DNA from: an uncultured bacterium
GTDB lineage: Bacteria > SAR324 > NAC60-12
Assembly (NCBI GenBank): GCA_965662235.1
Contig: CBFIGY010000001.1
Span: forward strand, 320,001-384,000
Length of the DNA: 64,000 nucleotides
Reading direction: 5' to 3'
Numbering within the stretch: position 1 is the first letter of the stretch; each line of letters starts with the position of its first letter. The notes below the pieces were generated by a model, which made no database searches, had not been told where the DNA came from, and was given only the letters and a program-made list of their open reading frames with translations. A program made the translations under genes and the position numbers. Of the stretch, positions 37,692 to 46,988 are shown piece by piece.

Positions 37692-38842
37692 CCGCTTTAA
37701 CGGAAACCCTCGCCTCGCTTTTTGAAAAAAGCTACTCCGATTCACCAGAGTGGTGGATCCGCGCTCCAGGTCGTGTGAACCTGATTGGCGAGCACACGGA
37801 CTACAACGAGGGATTTGTTCTGCCCTGCGCCATTGACTACGAGACGGTGATTGCCGCGAAGCCCCGACCAGATCAGCAGATCCGGGTGGTCTCTGCGGAC
37901 TATCCAGGGGAGCAGGACGAGTTTGATTTGCAGGCGCCCATTGAGTTTCAACCGGACCGCCTGTGGGTCAACTACATCCGGGGCGTGGTGCAGTCGTTCC
38001 AGAAAGCGGGCTTGACGCTGGGAGGAATGGACCTAGCGATTCAGGGAAACATTCCGCAAGGAGCCGGGCTGAGCTCGTCGGCATCCCTAGAGGTTGCCGT
38101 GGGGCAGACCCTCAAGGAGCTGTTTGACCTGCCATTGACGCAGACGGACCTTGCTCTGCACGGCCAGCAAGCTGAGAACCACTTTGTGGGGTGCAACAGC
38201 GGCATCATGGATCAGCTGATTTCAGCAAAAGGACAGCAGCACCATGCTCTGTTGATTGACTGCCGTTCGCTGGAAACGCGTGCCGTGCCAATGCCGGAAG
38301 ACTTTGTCGTTGTGATCATCAACTCCAACAAGAAGCGGGGGCTGGTGGACAGCTTTTACAACCAGCGACGCGAGCAGTGCACGCAGGCCGCCGAGGTGCT
38401 GGAGGTTCCGGCTCTTCGAGATGCGACCCAGGAGCTTTTTGAGCAAAAGCAGCACCTGCTGGAGCCGGTGATGGCCCGCCGAGCCCGCCACGTGATCACG
38501 GAAAACGCCCGGACCCTGGAAGCCGCGAAAGCACTGGCACAGGGAGACCTGAAGCGGCTGGGGGAATTGATGATGGACTCTCATGCGTCCATGCGGGACG
38601 ACTTTGAAATTACGGTTCCAGAGATTGACCTGCTGGTGTCCTTGGTCAAGGAGGTGATTGGTCCTCAAGGCGGGGTCCGGATGACCGGAGGTGGCTTCGG
38701 CGGATGTGTTGTGGCGGTGGTGCCTCCGGATGCGGTGGAACCCGTCCGGGCTGCCGTGGCAGAACAGTATGAAGCGCAGACCGGCCTCAAGGAGTCCTTC
38801 TACGTCTGCCACGCCTCTGAAGGGGCAGGGCGAATGGCGTGA
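37688..38842 (+). CDS. galK: Galactokinase
   Basis: [38 protein letters not shown]. Confidence 0.96.
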   Translation: MTALTETLASLFEKSYSDSPEWWIRAPGRVNLIGEHTDYNEGFVLPCAIDYETVIAAKPRPDQQIRVVSADYPGEQDEFDLQAPIEFQPDRLWVNYIRGVVQSFQKAGLTLGGMDLAIQGNIPQGAGLSSSASLEVAVGQTLKELFDLPLTQTDLALHGQQAENHFVGCNSGIMDQLISAKGQQHHALLIDCRSLETRAVPMPEDFVVVIINSNKKRGLVDSFYNQRREQCTQAAEVLEVPALRDATQELFEQKQHLLEPVMARRARHVITENARTLEAAKALAQGDLKRLGELMMDSHASMRDDFEITVPEIDLLVSLVKEVIGPQGGVRMTGGGFGGCVVAVVPPDAVEPVRAAVAEQYEAQTGLKESFYVCHASEGAGRMA

Positions 38843-39109
38843 TCCTTCAGGGGCAACCCTAATCCGTGGCTCATCGAACCTGAATCCGGGCGCACTAGAG
38901 TGAAGGGGCCTGATCATGGGCAACCGACACCGAACAAGTGTAGCCCGATGCCTCCTCCCCTTTTCACGGTGCCTTCCGGGTCAATCAATAACGGCTCTGC
39001 CCGACGATGCTTGTTCGGTGCCTCCTTCCCAACCGCGTGTCCTTCCAGCTCCTCCAGCGGCTTCTCCCTTCCGGGGCCGTTGCTGCGCCAGGTGTCCCTT
39101 GGGGTTCGT

Positions 39110-39165
39110 TTGGAACCCAATCATCATCCACTAAAAACATATCCTGAACACGAGGCGCTTATGCT
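39110..39165 (+). promoter_or_regulatory. Pho-box-like 11-bp periodic array plus -10 element
   Basis: Heptamers TTGGAAC, TCATCAT, TAAAAAC, CCTGAAC at 39110, 39121, 39132, 39143; 10-nt gap; TATGCT. Confidence 0.5.
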
Positions 39166-39234
39166 GAGGGACTCAGTGCTCCACCGTCGGAGTCCCTTTT
39201 CCTCCAGTCAACCCTCTCTTGGATATGGTGAAGA

Positions 39235-39843
39235 ATGAAAAGCTTCTTGGATGCGCTTCGTGAGCAACGCTGGGACGACCACCGGTTTTACCACCAAAGC
39301 CGGATCAATCAGTCCCTGCACCTAGTGAGCGCCATCAGCTTCTTGTGCGTGTATGTGCTGATTTTTACGGACCCCGTGATGGCCGCCTTGGTCGGGTGGT
39401 TGTTTTCAATGGTGACTCGGCAGGTGGGGCACTTCTTCTTTGAGCCCAAGGAATACGATCAGGTCAACGCCGCGACGCATGAGTACAAGGAGTCGATCAA
39501 GGTCGGGTACAACCTGTTCCGGAAGGTCATCCTCCTGAGCATCTGGATCGCAACCCCGGTGGTGCTTTACTGGGATCCCACCTTCTTTGGACTGTTTGAG
39601 CCATACACGGATTCCTACGGGTTCCTGCACAGCATGTCGGTGCTGTGGATCTCTGTGGGAGTGGGGGCCGTGCTGTTCCGCATGGTGCACCTCTTCTTCC
39701 TCCAGGGCATTCAGGCCGGAGTGGTCTGGGTCACCAAGATCATCACCGACCCGTTCCACGACATCATGCTCTACTGGAAGTCCCCATTTTACCTGCTCCG
39801 GGGGGAACTTCTTGATCCAATGTACGAAGTCCGCCACGCGTAA
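39235..39843 (+). CDS. Integral membrane protein, Mpo1/DUF962-like His-rich family
   Basis: YHQSRINQSLH and RQVGHFFFE His motifs; about four TM helices. Confidence 0.65.
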   Translation: MKSFLDALREQRWDDHRFYHQSRINQSLHLVSAISFLCVYVLIFTDPVMAALVGWLFSMVTRQVGHFFFEPKEYDQVNAATHEYKESIKVGYNLFRKVILLSIWIATPVVLYWDPTFFGLFEPYTDSYGFLHSMSVLWISVGVGAVLFRMVHLFFLQGIQAGVVWVTKIITDPFHDIMLYWKSPFYLLRGELLDPMYEVRHA

Positions 39844-39863
39844 ACGCCTCCTCGGCTTCAGGC

Positions 39864-40709
39864 GTGGAAACTCCGCAGGCCTGCGAGCAGGGCTGGACGG
39901 ATCAAGGCACGTGGTACCTCCGGGAAGGTCCTGCAGACGGACCGCTGCTCCTGCTGATCCACGGAGCAACGGTTCCGTCTTGGGAGTTTGAGCGGCTGGT
40001 CCCCTACCTGTGGGCAGGGGGCTGGCAGACCCTGCGGTTTGACCTGCTGGGGCATGGACAGTCCGCCCGCCCAGAGATTCCCTACACCCGAGACGCCTTT
40101 GTGGACCAGGCCGAAGCCCTGCTTCAGGCCCTGAAGGTGCCGCAGCCTTTTTGCATCTTGGGGCACTCGTTGGGAGCGGTCCTTGGGGCGACTCTGGCGA
40201 GCCGAATGCCTGCTTCTGTGCAGGCTCTGGTGCTGGTGGCGCCGATGCTGAATTTTACGAGTGGCCGTCTCTGGCCTCGCCTGCTGCAGGCCGATCCGTG
40301 GGGCGCGTGGTTCATGCGGAGCGTGGTGGTGCCGTTGCTGAAGCGTCGGCGGCAGAGGCGGTATGAAGCAATAGGAGCGCCGGAGCTGATTGAACGGTTT
40401 GAAGAGCAGCTGGCGCGTCCCGGATTCGACCGAGCATTACGGTCGATGTTCCAGCAGCAAACTCTGGGAGATCAGCGACTTGTGTATCAGGAAGCATCAG
40501 CCCTGAGCCTGCCCAAACTGGTTATATGGGGCGAGGAGGACCACGTGGTCTCTGCAGCACAAATCACCGTGCTCCGGAGGCTTTTGGGAGCGCATGAGTT
40601 TTTTCAGGGAACCGCTATGGAGCACAACCTGCTGCTGACCCATACGGCCGCAGTGGCTCCTGTCCTGCTGGATTTTCTTGCAGCGTCACCTCTTGGAAGG
40701 AGGGTCTGA
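39864..40709 (+). CDS. Alpha/beta-fold hydrolase
   Basis: LIHG, DLLGHGQS, GHSLG nucleophile elbow, WGEED, EHN catalytic His. Confidence 0.88.
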   Translation: METPQACEQGWTDQGTWYLREGPADGPLLLLIHGATVPSWEFERLVPYLWAGGWQTLRFDLLGHGQSARPEIPYTRDAFVDQAEALLQALKVPQPFCILGHSLGAVLGATLASRMPASVQALVLVAPMLNFTSGRLWPRLLQADPWGAWFMRSVVVPLLKRRRQRRYEAIGAPELIERFEEQLARPGFDRALRSMFQQQTLGDQRLVYQEASALSLPKLVIWGEEDHVVSAAQITVLRRLLGAHEFFQGTAMEHNLLLTHTAAVAPVLLDFLAASPLGRRV

Positions 40710-40867
40710 TGGAAAAAGCCGTTTACCTGGTGCTACTGGCGGCCGTAGCTCTGTTTTCCACGGAAATCCGGCGCCTCAGTCGACTGCTCGACTGCCCACC
40801 TCGGCTCTTTGCACTCCTGCTGCTCGGATCCTCTCTCTTCCTTGTGGGGTGCCTTTCAGGCATCTGA
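40709..40867 (+). CDS. Small two-TM membrane protein (52 aa), below the ORF-track cutoff
   Basis: GGAAGGAGG RBS; TGATG overlap with the hydrolase; MEKAVYLVLLAAVALFSTEIRRLSRLLDCPPRLFALLLLGSSLFLVGCLSGI. Confidence 0.55.
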   Translation: MEKAVYLVLLAAVALFSTEIRRLSRLLDCPPRLFALLLLGSSLFLVGCLSGI

Positions 40868-40975
40868 TGCCCCCTTTCCTGCCTCTTTCCAGAACCCCCC
40901 TCCGATTCGGAATCGGCCTGCTTTCCGGGCTTGCCTGAGGACTGGTGCCTGGACTCAGGTGACAGGAACCTGGTG

Positions 40976-41293
40976 TTACGGAATCTCAATGTCCAGCAGC
41001 GGGGCATACTGCTGGGCGCCAAAAATGTCCGGGTCACCCGGGCTGCCGCTTGGACGGTTGCGGTAAATGGTGAACTTGATTGCATTGGCCGGGTCGTATT
41101 CCACAAAGTCGGCAATCCGCTCTTCAGAAATGTTGAAGAGGGCCGCGACTGAGCCGCGTGTCAGAACCTGACTCTGCTTAACTCGCTCATAGTCAGCGGT
41201 TTCCCGGAAGATGATGTCGAAGGTGATCTTGTTGACCCCGGCGTTTTTGGAACGAATGGTTTTGGCCAGCTCAGAAAGTTTCTTGGGTGCCAT
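40976..41293 (-). CDS. DUF4387 family protein
   Basis: LAKTIRSKNAG...TFDIIF...AIKFTI...DIFGAQQYAPLL; 1 nt after the AtuA-like gene. Confidence 0.85.
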   Translation of the reverse strand: MAPKKLSELAKTIRSKNAGVNKITFDIIFRETADYERVKQSQVLTRGSVAALFNISEERIADFVEYDPANAIKFTIYRNRPSGSPGDPDIFGAQQYAPLLDIEIP

Positions 41294-41294
41294 C

Positions 41295-42656
41295 TCAGAC
41301 TCCAGCCTCAGTCAGGTAGGTGGGGAACAGGGTCAATCCGTCTGAGACGGATACCGTATGGTTCAGGGTCCAGCGATAGGCAGCGCTGGCCGGCATCACT
41401 TCATCGAGGACGAACGACACGCCTCCAGCGGTCCCCTTGACGTCTGGAAGTCGGGCATAGAACAGCTGGCGGGTTCCGGTCATGGTGAGCTCCTCTGCCA
41501 TTTCGGCTGTGGGGGCAACGCCTTGAACGACGATGCAGAGCTCGTGTCCGGGACGGTCCCGGAGGGGCTCCATTTCGCCCATGATCCCGTCTCGTCCGAA
41601 GACGTTGTAGTGGAGCTCATATCCGGAGTCACCAAAACGCTCGCGTACCTGTGTACGGGCCCATTCAATGACCTGGTCGATGTGGGCGATGGTGTAAGGA
41701 TCCCGGACACCGGCAATGCCAACAAAGCGTTCCCCTAGCTTTCCGGCGCCTTCTAGCTTCACTCGAAAATCCTCTGCTGGGTGAAAGGCCGGACCCGTGA
41801 TGCGGGTGGTTTGCGGGGCAAACTGCTCATACCGGCAATGAGTCATGTCCAGCTGCCCTCCCGCGACAAATTCGTGGAACGGGTTGGTGCGCTCGTACAT
41901 GGCGTGTCCGGACACAGACGCAACGGTGCAGCGTTGATGGGGATGCATGGCAGTGACCTTGACGTCGTCTTGGCTGATTTCCCCAAGGACGGTCTCCTTA
42001 CCTCCGTAGGGCTCGGCACAGAAGGAGGCACACTCCAGCACCTTTCCCAGGTAGTAAGAAAGGGCTTCGGGGTAGCCATGGTGCAGGGCGGGAGCGGCAA
42101 AGATGACACTGTCGCTGCTCCGACCTCCGATGATGACGTCGGCACCTTCTGAGAGCAGCTTCAGGTAAGGATGAACGCCGGCCATGGCGACAATACGATC
42201 CGTGGCATCCAGCTCTGCCTCCGTTAGGTCAGCAAAGCCGTCTAGGCCGGAAATCGTTTCTCCTGCCCGGAGCTTGGCCCTCAGCAGGTCGTGCGACACC
42301 TCCGAGTAGAAGTAGCCCAGGCGAAACCGAGGCAGGCGATGCTGGGCGGCAATCTCCTGAATCAGGGCGATGTAGCGGTCCACACGACCGTTGGTGCCGG
42401 TGTCTCCTGCGGAGCCAATCAGCATTGGCACACCCAGGGAACGGGAGGCGAGCAACATCTGCTCAAGGTCATGGCGTTGCCACTGCTCCGGACTGGTGGA
42501 CGTGTTGCTTCCCAATGGAACCGGTCCAACGTCGTCACTGCCGGAATCTGCAGCAATGTAATCGGGCTGGGCCTCAACCCCATAGCGGAAGCTTTCCGTC
42601 TTCAAGGGGGCAAAACCGAGGTGTCCGTTGGGGCAAATGATTTTAAGAGAGCTCAT
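41295..42656 (-). CDS. AtuA-like (DUF1446) protein
   Basis: PNGHLGF, DSGSDD.GP, GSAGDTG, IIGGRSSD, GKVLECAS, HAMYE, VKLEGA, GVRDP. Confidence 0.85.
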   Translation of the reverse strand: MSSLKIICPNGHLGFAPLKTESFRYGVEAQPDYIAADSGSDDVGPVPLGSNTSTSPEQWQRHDLEQMLLASRSLGVPMLIGSAGDTGTNGRVDRYIALIQEIAAQHRLPRFRLGYFYSEVSHDLLRAKLRAGETISGLDGFADLTEAELDATDRIVAMAGVHPYLKLLSEGADVIIGGRSSDSVIFAAPALHHGYPEALSYYLGKVLECASFCAEPYGGKETVLGEISQDDVKVTAMHPHQRCTVASVSGHAMYERTNPFHEFVAGGQLDMTHCRYEQFAPQTTRITGPAFHPAEDFRVKLEGAGKLGERFVGIAGVRDPYTIAHIDQVIEWARTQVRERFGDSGYELHYNVFGRDGIMGEMEPLRDRPGHELCIVVQGVAPTAEMAEELTMTGTRQLFYARLPDVKGTAGGVSFVLDEVMPASAAYRWTLNHTVSVSDGLTLFPTYLTEAGV

Positions 42657-42715
42657 GAACGTATCTCACTCAGCAAAGGTTGGAGCTAGGCGATGGCCTG
42701 ACTGCCTCGGTATTC

Positions 42716-42731
42716 AGCACACAATATGCCA
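42716..42731 (-). promoter_or_regulatory. Sigma54 -24/-12 promoter for the AtuA-like/DUF4387 pair
   Basis: Minus strand TGGCAT-ATTGT-GTGCT, GG-N10-GC, about 60 nt before the ATG. Confidence 0.7.
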
Positions 42732-42816
42732 GCTCTGCTTTGTGGAAAGAACACTGAAGTTAAAAGGGAAATGGGCCTTTTAGCAAAAGGGGAGGGACGG
42801 TAGGCTCCTAAAATAA

Positions 42817-42852
42817 GCGTCAGTTTCACGCAAAAAAGAGCGAGTTCAACGC
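42817..42852. promoter_or_regulatory. Tandem upstream activator site candidates
   Basis: GCGTCAGTTTCACGC (42817) and GAGCGAGTTCAACGC (42838), 21 nt apart; the same layout occurs at 50611/50632. Confidence 0.55.
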
Positions 42853-43826
42853 AGGTCGAGTTTGAGCATTTGGTGCCGGAGGGCGTGCCGTGTCAGTCCC
42901 AGCGCCTCAGCCGTGGCCGTTAGGTTTCCGTTGTAACGGGCCAGTGCCTGTTCAATCAGTTGCGCCTGAAAGAGTCGGGTTGCTTCCTGGTACGACATCC
43001 CTTCCCAGTGGCCAGTGTCTGGAGCAGGACCGGGCGTGTGGCGGGTGGGGCGCTCCACTTCACGCATGATGCGGGGCGGAATGTGCTTCACGAGAACCTG
43101 TTGGTCATCTTCCAGAACAAAGATCCGCTCCAAGAGATTTTCCAGCTCCCGGACGTTCCCTGGCCAGTGGTAGTGGCGAAAGACCTCCTCAACAGCTGGC
43201 TCCCAGCCCTTGAGTTCTCGACCATAACGTGTGTTGAACCGACGGATGAAGTAGTCGGTGAGGAGGAAGCAATCGTCTCCTCGCTCACGCAGCGGCGGAA
43301 TGTTGATCGCAACCACCTGCAGCCGGTAATACAGGTCGTCCCGGAAGCGGCCTTCTTGCACCTCGCTGAATAAGATGCGGTTGGTGGCGCCAATGAAGCG
43401 GACGTCAACGCTAATGTCCCGAATGGTTCCGAGTCGTCGGAAGCGCTGGGTATCCAGAAGACTGAGCAGCTTGGCCTGAACCACATGATCGAGGTCCCGG
43501 ATTTCATCGAGAAACAAGGAACCCCCGTCTGCGGCTTCAATCAGCCCTTTTTTTTGCGCAAGTGCTCCCGTGAAGGCCCCCTTTTCATGCCCAAACAGTT
43601 CTGATTCCACCAGGTTGGAGGGGATTGCTGCGCAGTTGAGGTCAATGAACTCCTTGTCATTGCGGGTGGATTGCTCGTGAATCATCCGCGCCACGACCCC
43701 TTTCCCAGTGCCGGTTTCTCCATAAATGAGTACCGCCCGCGCCTGGCTTTCTGCGACCCGTTTGGTCAACCGACGGACCGACTGAATCTGTTCCGAATCG
43801 CCTACCAGTCCTCCGAAGTACGTCAC
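42846..43826 (-). CDS. Sigma54-dependent enhancer-binding protein (AAA+ plus Fis-type HTH), apparently without an N-terminal sensor domain
   Basis: GETGTGKG, NCAAIP, ESELFGHEKGAFTGA, FRDDLYYRL, WPGNVREL, C-terminal HTH. Start set at GTG 43826; the longer track ORF overlaps the upstream gene by 317 nt and reads as non-coding. Confidence 0.88.
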   Translation of the reverse strand: MTYFGGLVGDSEQIQSVRRLTKRVAESQARAVLIYGETGTGKGVVARMIHEQSTRNDKEFIDLNCAAIPSNLVESELFGHEKGAFTGALAQKKGLIEAADGGSLFLDEIRDLDHVVQAKLLSLLDTQRFRRLGTIRDISVDVRFIGATNRILFSEVQEGRFRDDLYYRLQVVAINIPPLRERGDDCFLLTDYFIRRFNTRYGRELKGWEPAVEEVFRHYHWPGNVRELENLLERIFVLEDDQQVLVKHIPPRIMREVERPTRHTPGPAPDTGHWEGMSYQEATRLFQAQLIEQALARYNGNLTATAEALGLTRHALRHQMLKLDLR

Positions 43827-43926
43827 GTTTGATGACCTGCAGCAAAGGGGACTGGTGCGTCTCCGTGGGAAGGAGGAAAGGCGTCGTCGTGCAGAGAAAG
43901 CATTGGAGGAAGGAGGTGGATGTGGG

Positions 43927-44991
43927 TCATGTAGCGCAATATGAGGTCCAGAGGCCTTGGCAAGGATTTCCCTCACAGAACAACAGGAGCCGCTCTCGGC
44001 AAATGAACACCGCTCCCGAAAGGGTCTGAGCGTCGCCATCTTCTCCGTGGCGGCAGAGTCCGGTAACAGCCCCTTCGCTGTGAGAGGCCATGAGAGCTTG
44101 CAGCTCAGGCAACGTCGCCGTTCCGCTCTGGAGGGCCTGGTCAAGGGCTTGGGCTCTTCCTTGAGAGCTGGCCACCATGGGCGCCGTGTCGGGCGCGTTG
44201 GCAACAGAGTCGGGCCGGAAGTGATTGGTTCGCGAAACCCCATGAGGCGCCTGCTCCACCCTTAGGGTGCGGTGCCCTAAATCAACCGCCGCTGTGTCTC
44301 CAGAGGCGTCTGCTAGGACCAACGAGCCCCCGCCGGCGTGGGGGAGCGTACGGAGGTCCTTGAGGGCCTCTGCCACTGTTGCATGCCGAGAGAGCAACCG
44401 CGTCATCAGGAAGTAACGCAACCAGCCGACGCCGTGATCAGGAGTGGCAATCTGCGTATCGGCAACGGCCAGTCCACTGGAGTTGAGACCACTGGAGTAC
44501 ACGCCCGGAGCCCCAAGGCTGCCCACACAGAGGACGCGATGCCCCTGTGGCCAAGTGGGATCAGTATGCAGAAACACCCGCTGCAAGTCCACGTGCTCTC
44601 CATGAAAATCTCGGTTCTTGCCCACGACCGGACCCTCTTCAGAAGTCACCACCGCCCACGCGCTGCAGCCATCCCCTTCAGTAACAGACGCAGGAAGGTG
44701 CTTCAGCAGGCCTAGGTGCAGAAAGGCAAAGAGCTTCAGGGGATCAACTCCGAATCCGGTGGCGACTCCCTGCATTTCAGCCAATTCAGGCTGGCAGTGC
44801 TGTTGGGCAAACTCCCACTGCTGCACCAAGAACGCCTGTACCTGAGGCTGACTCAAGAGCGGGCGATGCAACTCCAGACGCTTCATGAGGGCCGGAAGCA
44901 CCGGAGCCCTTTCAGCAGCTTCAGCCTGCAGGCGGCCCCGCTGCTCAGCGGTTCCATTGAGGAGCACGGGCGTGCCAGGAGAAGGGGTCAT
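43927..44991 (-). CDS. Peptidase C45 family Ntn-hydrolase/acyltransferase
   Basis: Autoprocessing site GDG|CSAW, GKNRD, SGLNSSGL, RTNHF. Confidence 0.82.
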   Translation of the reverse strand: MTPSPGTPVLLNGTAEQRGRLQAEAAERAPVLPALMKRLELHRPLLSQPQVQAFLVQQWEFAQQHCQPELAEMQGVATGFGVDPLKLFAFLHLGLLKHLPASVTEGDGCSAWAVVTSEEGPVVGKNRDFHGEHVDLQRVFLHTDPTWPQGHRVLCVGSLGAPGVYSSGLNSSGLAVADTQIATPDHGVGWLRYFLMTRLLSRHATVAEALKDLRTLPHAGGGSLVLADASGDTAAVDLGHRTLRVEQAPHGVSRTNHFRPDSVANAPDTAPMVASSQGRAQALDQALQSGTATLPELQALMASHSEGAVTGLCRHGEDGDAQTLSGAVFICRERLLLFCEGNPCQGLWTSYCAT

Positions 44992-45980
44992 GCAGATCCT
45001 TTTTCCACGAGATGACAGGCCACTTGATGATGCGGAGCAATCGGCTTCCGGACAGGAGGTCGCTGACGACAGACCTCTGTTGCCCGAGGGCAGCGGGTGT
45101 GAAACTTACATCCGGAGGGGGGATTGATCGGTGAGGGGAGGTCTCCTGTCAACTGGATGCGGGGACGTCCGGTTGCGGAGGCCTCCACTCGTGGAACCGC
45201 AGAGAGCAGTGCCTGGGTGTAGGGGTGTTGAGGATGGTTCAGGATCACTGCGGTGGGGCCCTCCTCCACCACCTCTCCAAGGTACATGACAGCAATGCGG
45301 TCGCTGACGTACCCGATAACAGAGATGTCGTGGGAAATGAACAAGTAGGTTAGGCTAAGCTCGCGCTTCAGCTTGTCAAGCAGCTCAATGATCTGAGCCT
45401 GAATGGAGACATCAAGGGCTGAGACGGGCTCATCACAAACAATGAAATCGGGGTGAAGGATGAGGGCTCGTGCGATTCCAATGCGCTGGCGCTGTCCTCC
45501 GGAGAACTGGTGTGGGTGCCGGTTCATGTGCTGAGGCTTTAGCCCCACGTTTTCCAGCATGGCTGCTACTCGGTCGGCCACCTCGTGAGACGGGACAAGC
45601 CCATGGAGTTTCAGGGGCTGCCCGATGATTTCCTGAACGGTTTTTCGGGGGTTCAGGGAGGCATACGGATCCTGAAAGATGATCTGCATCTTCCGCCGCA
45701 TGGCCTTCATTTCAACCTCATCCAGAGCCGTTACGTCCTGGCCTTCAAAGAAGACCTTTCCGGCTGTAGGTTCATGCAGGCGCAAGAGGGTCCGTCCGAG
45801 TGTGCTTTTGCCGCAGCCACTTTCACCAATCAGCCCCAGGGTCTCCCCCCGTTGAATGGTCAGGTCCACTTGATTCACCGCCTGCACCAGCACCCCCGGA
45901 TTACCGGTGAGGCTTCCCCACAGTCCGCGCCGCGAGTCGTAGTGCTTGACCAGTTTCTGCGTTTCCAGCAAGAGAGGCAT
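44988..45980 (-). CDS. Oligopeptide/dipeptide ABC ATP-binding protein (OppF/DppF-like)
   Basis: GESGCGKST, FQDPYASLNP, FSGGQRQR, HPYT, GCKFHTRCP; TGATG coupling. Confidence 0.92.
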   Translation of the reverse strand: MPLLLETQKLVKHYDSRRGLWGSLTGNPGVLVQAVNQVDLTIQRGETLGLIGESGCGKSTLGRTLLRLHEPTAGKVFFEGQDVTALDEVEMKAMRRKMQIIFQDPYASLNPRKTVQEIIGQPLKLHGLVPSHEVADRVAAMLENVGLKPQHMNRHPHQFSGGQRQRIGIARALILHPDFIVCDEPVSALDVSIQAQIIELLDKLKRELSLTYLFISHDISVIGYVSDRIAVMYLGEVVEEGPTAVILNHPQHPYTQALLSAVPRVEASATGRPRIQLTGDLPSPINPPSGCKFHTRCPRATEVCRQRPPVRKPIAPHHQVACHLVEKGSA

Positions 45981-46981
45981 CAGCAGGCCTCCTCTGAGAG
46001 GGAGGCCTTGAGGCAGCGGACCTGACGCTCCGGCCCGAAAAGCCGCATGGGAATGGGGTGGTGGCAGTCGACATCCGCAATGGTGCAGCGGTCTAAAAAC
46101 CGACACTGTGGTGGCAGGTCGATCAGCTCCGGCACGGTTCCGTCAATGGGACGGATCCGTTCCTTCAGTGCCGAAAGGCGTGGGATGGAAGCAAGGAGCC
46201 CCTGAGTGTAGGGATGCTGCGGGTGGTCAATGACTTCACGGGTGCGGCCACTTTCGACCACCTGCCCGGCGTACATCACCACCACTCGCTCACAGTACTC
46301 GGCCACCACACCCAGGTCGTGGGTGATGAGAACCACGCTCATGCCCAGCTGAGAACGAATGCGGGCGATCAGCTCCAGAACCTGCGCCTGAATGGTCACG
46401 TCCAGGGCGGTGGTTGGTTCATCCGCGATCAACAGGCTGGGGCGGCAGGCGAGGGCAATGGCGATCATGATGCGTTGACGCATCCCCCCGGAAAATTGGT
46501 GCGGGTAATCATCCAGCCGATTCTCTGCAGAGGGAATGCCGACCAGCTGCATCATCTGCAGCGCCTTTTCACGGGCCTGACGGATCCGGGCTCGCCGGGA
46601 GCCACTCAGGGTTTCATCATGAGCCAGCAGGACCTCAATGATTTGGTCTGAAACGGTATAGGCTGGATTCAAAGCCGTGAGGGCATCCTGCATGGTCATG
46701 GCCATTTCCTTTCCACGCAGTGCCCGATACGTGTGGGAAGGCAGCCCCACCAGTTCCTGACCGTTGAAGCGGATCGAGCCGCCGGCAATGAAGCCAGGGG
46801 TCCGGACTAGGCCCATCACGCTGGAGAAGGTGACGCTCTTTCCAGAGCCAGACTCTCCGACAACGCCCAAACACTCCCCCGACCTGACGTCTAGGCTGAC
46901 GCCATCTACGGCTGTGACAGTGCCGTTCTGGGTCGCAAAGCAGGTCTTCAGGTCGGTGATTTCCAAAATAGGTGCGGCCAT
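45980..46981 (-). CDS. Oligopeptide/dipeptide ABC ATP-binding protein (OppD/DppD-like)
   Basis: GESGSGKS, YPHQFSGGMRQR, DEPTTALDVTIQ, HPYT. Confidence 0.92.
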   Translation of the reverse strand: MAAPILEITDLKTCFATQNGTVTAVDGVSLDVRSGECLGVVGESGSGKSVTFSSVMGLVRTPGFIAGGSIRFNGQELVGLPSHTYRALRGKEMAMTMQDALTALNPAYTVSDQIIEVLLAHDETLSGSRRARIRQAREKALQMMQLVGIPSAENRLDDYPHQFSGGMRQRIMIAIALACRPSLLIADEPTTALDVTIQAQVLELIARIRSQLGMSVVLITHDLGVVAEYCERVVVMYAGQVVESGRTREVIDHPQHPYTQGLLASIPRLSALKERIRPIDGTVPELIDLPPQCRFLDRCTIADVDCHHPIPMRLFGPERQVRCLKASLSEEAC

Positions 46982-46988
46982 CGTCCCC

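Noticed and set aside
39059..39082. Minus-strand CCC-GGAA-GGG-AGAAGC hairpin resembling SRP RNA domain IV
   Set aside because: The invariant CAGG and AGCA flanks are not matched (CGGC and AGAA) and I could not build the long closing helix.
43827..44243. 139-aa N-terminal extension of the sigma54 activator in the ORF track
   Set aside because: Overlaps the C45 gene in another frame and is Arg/Pro/Ser-rich with no domain features.
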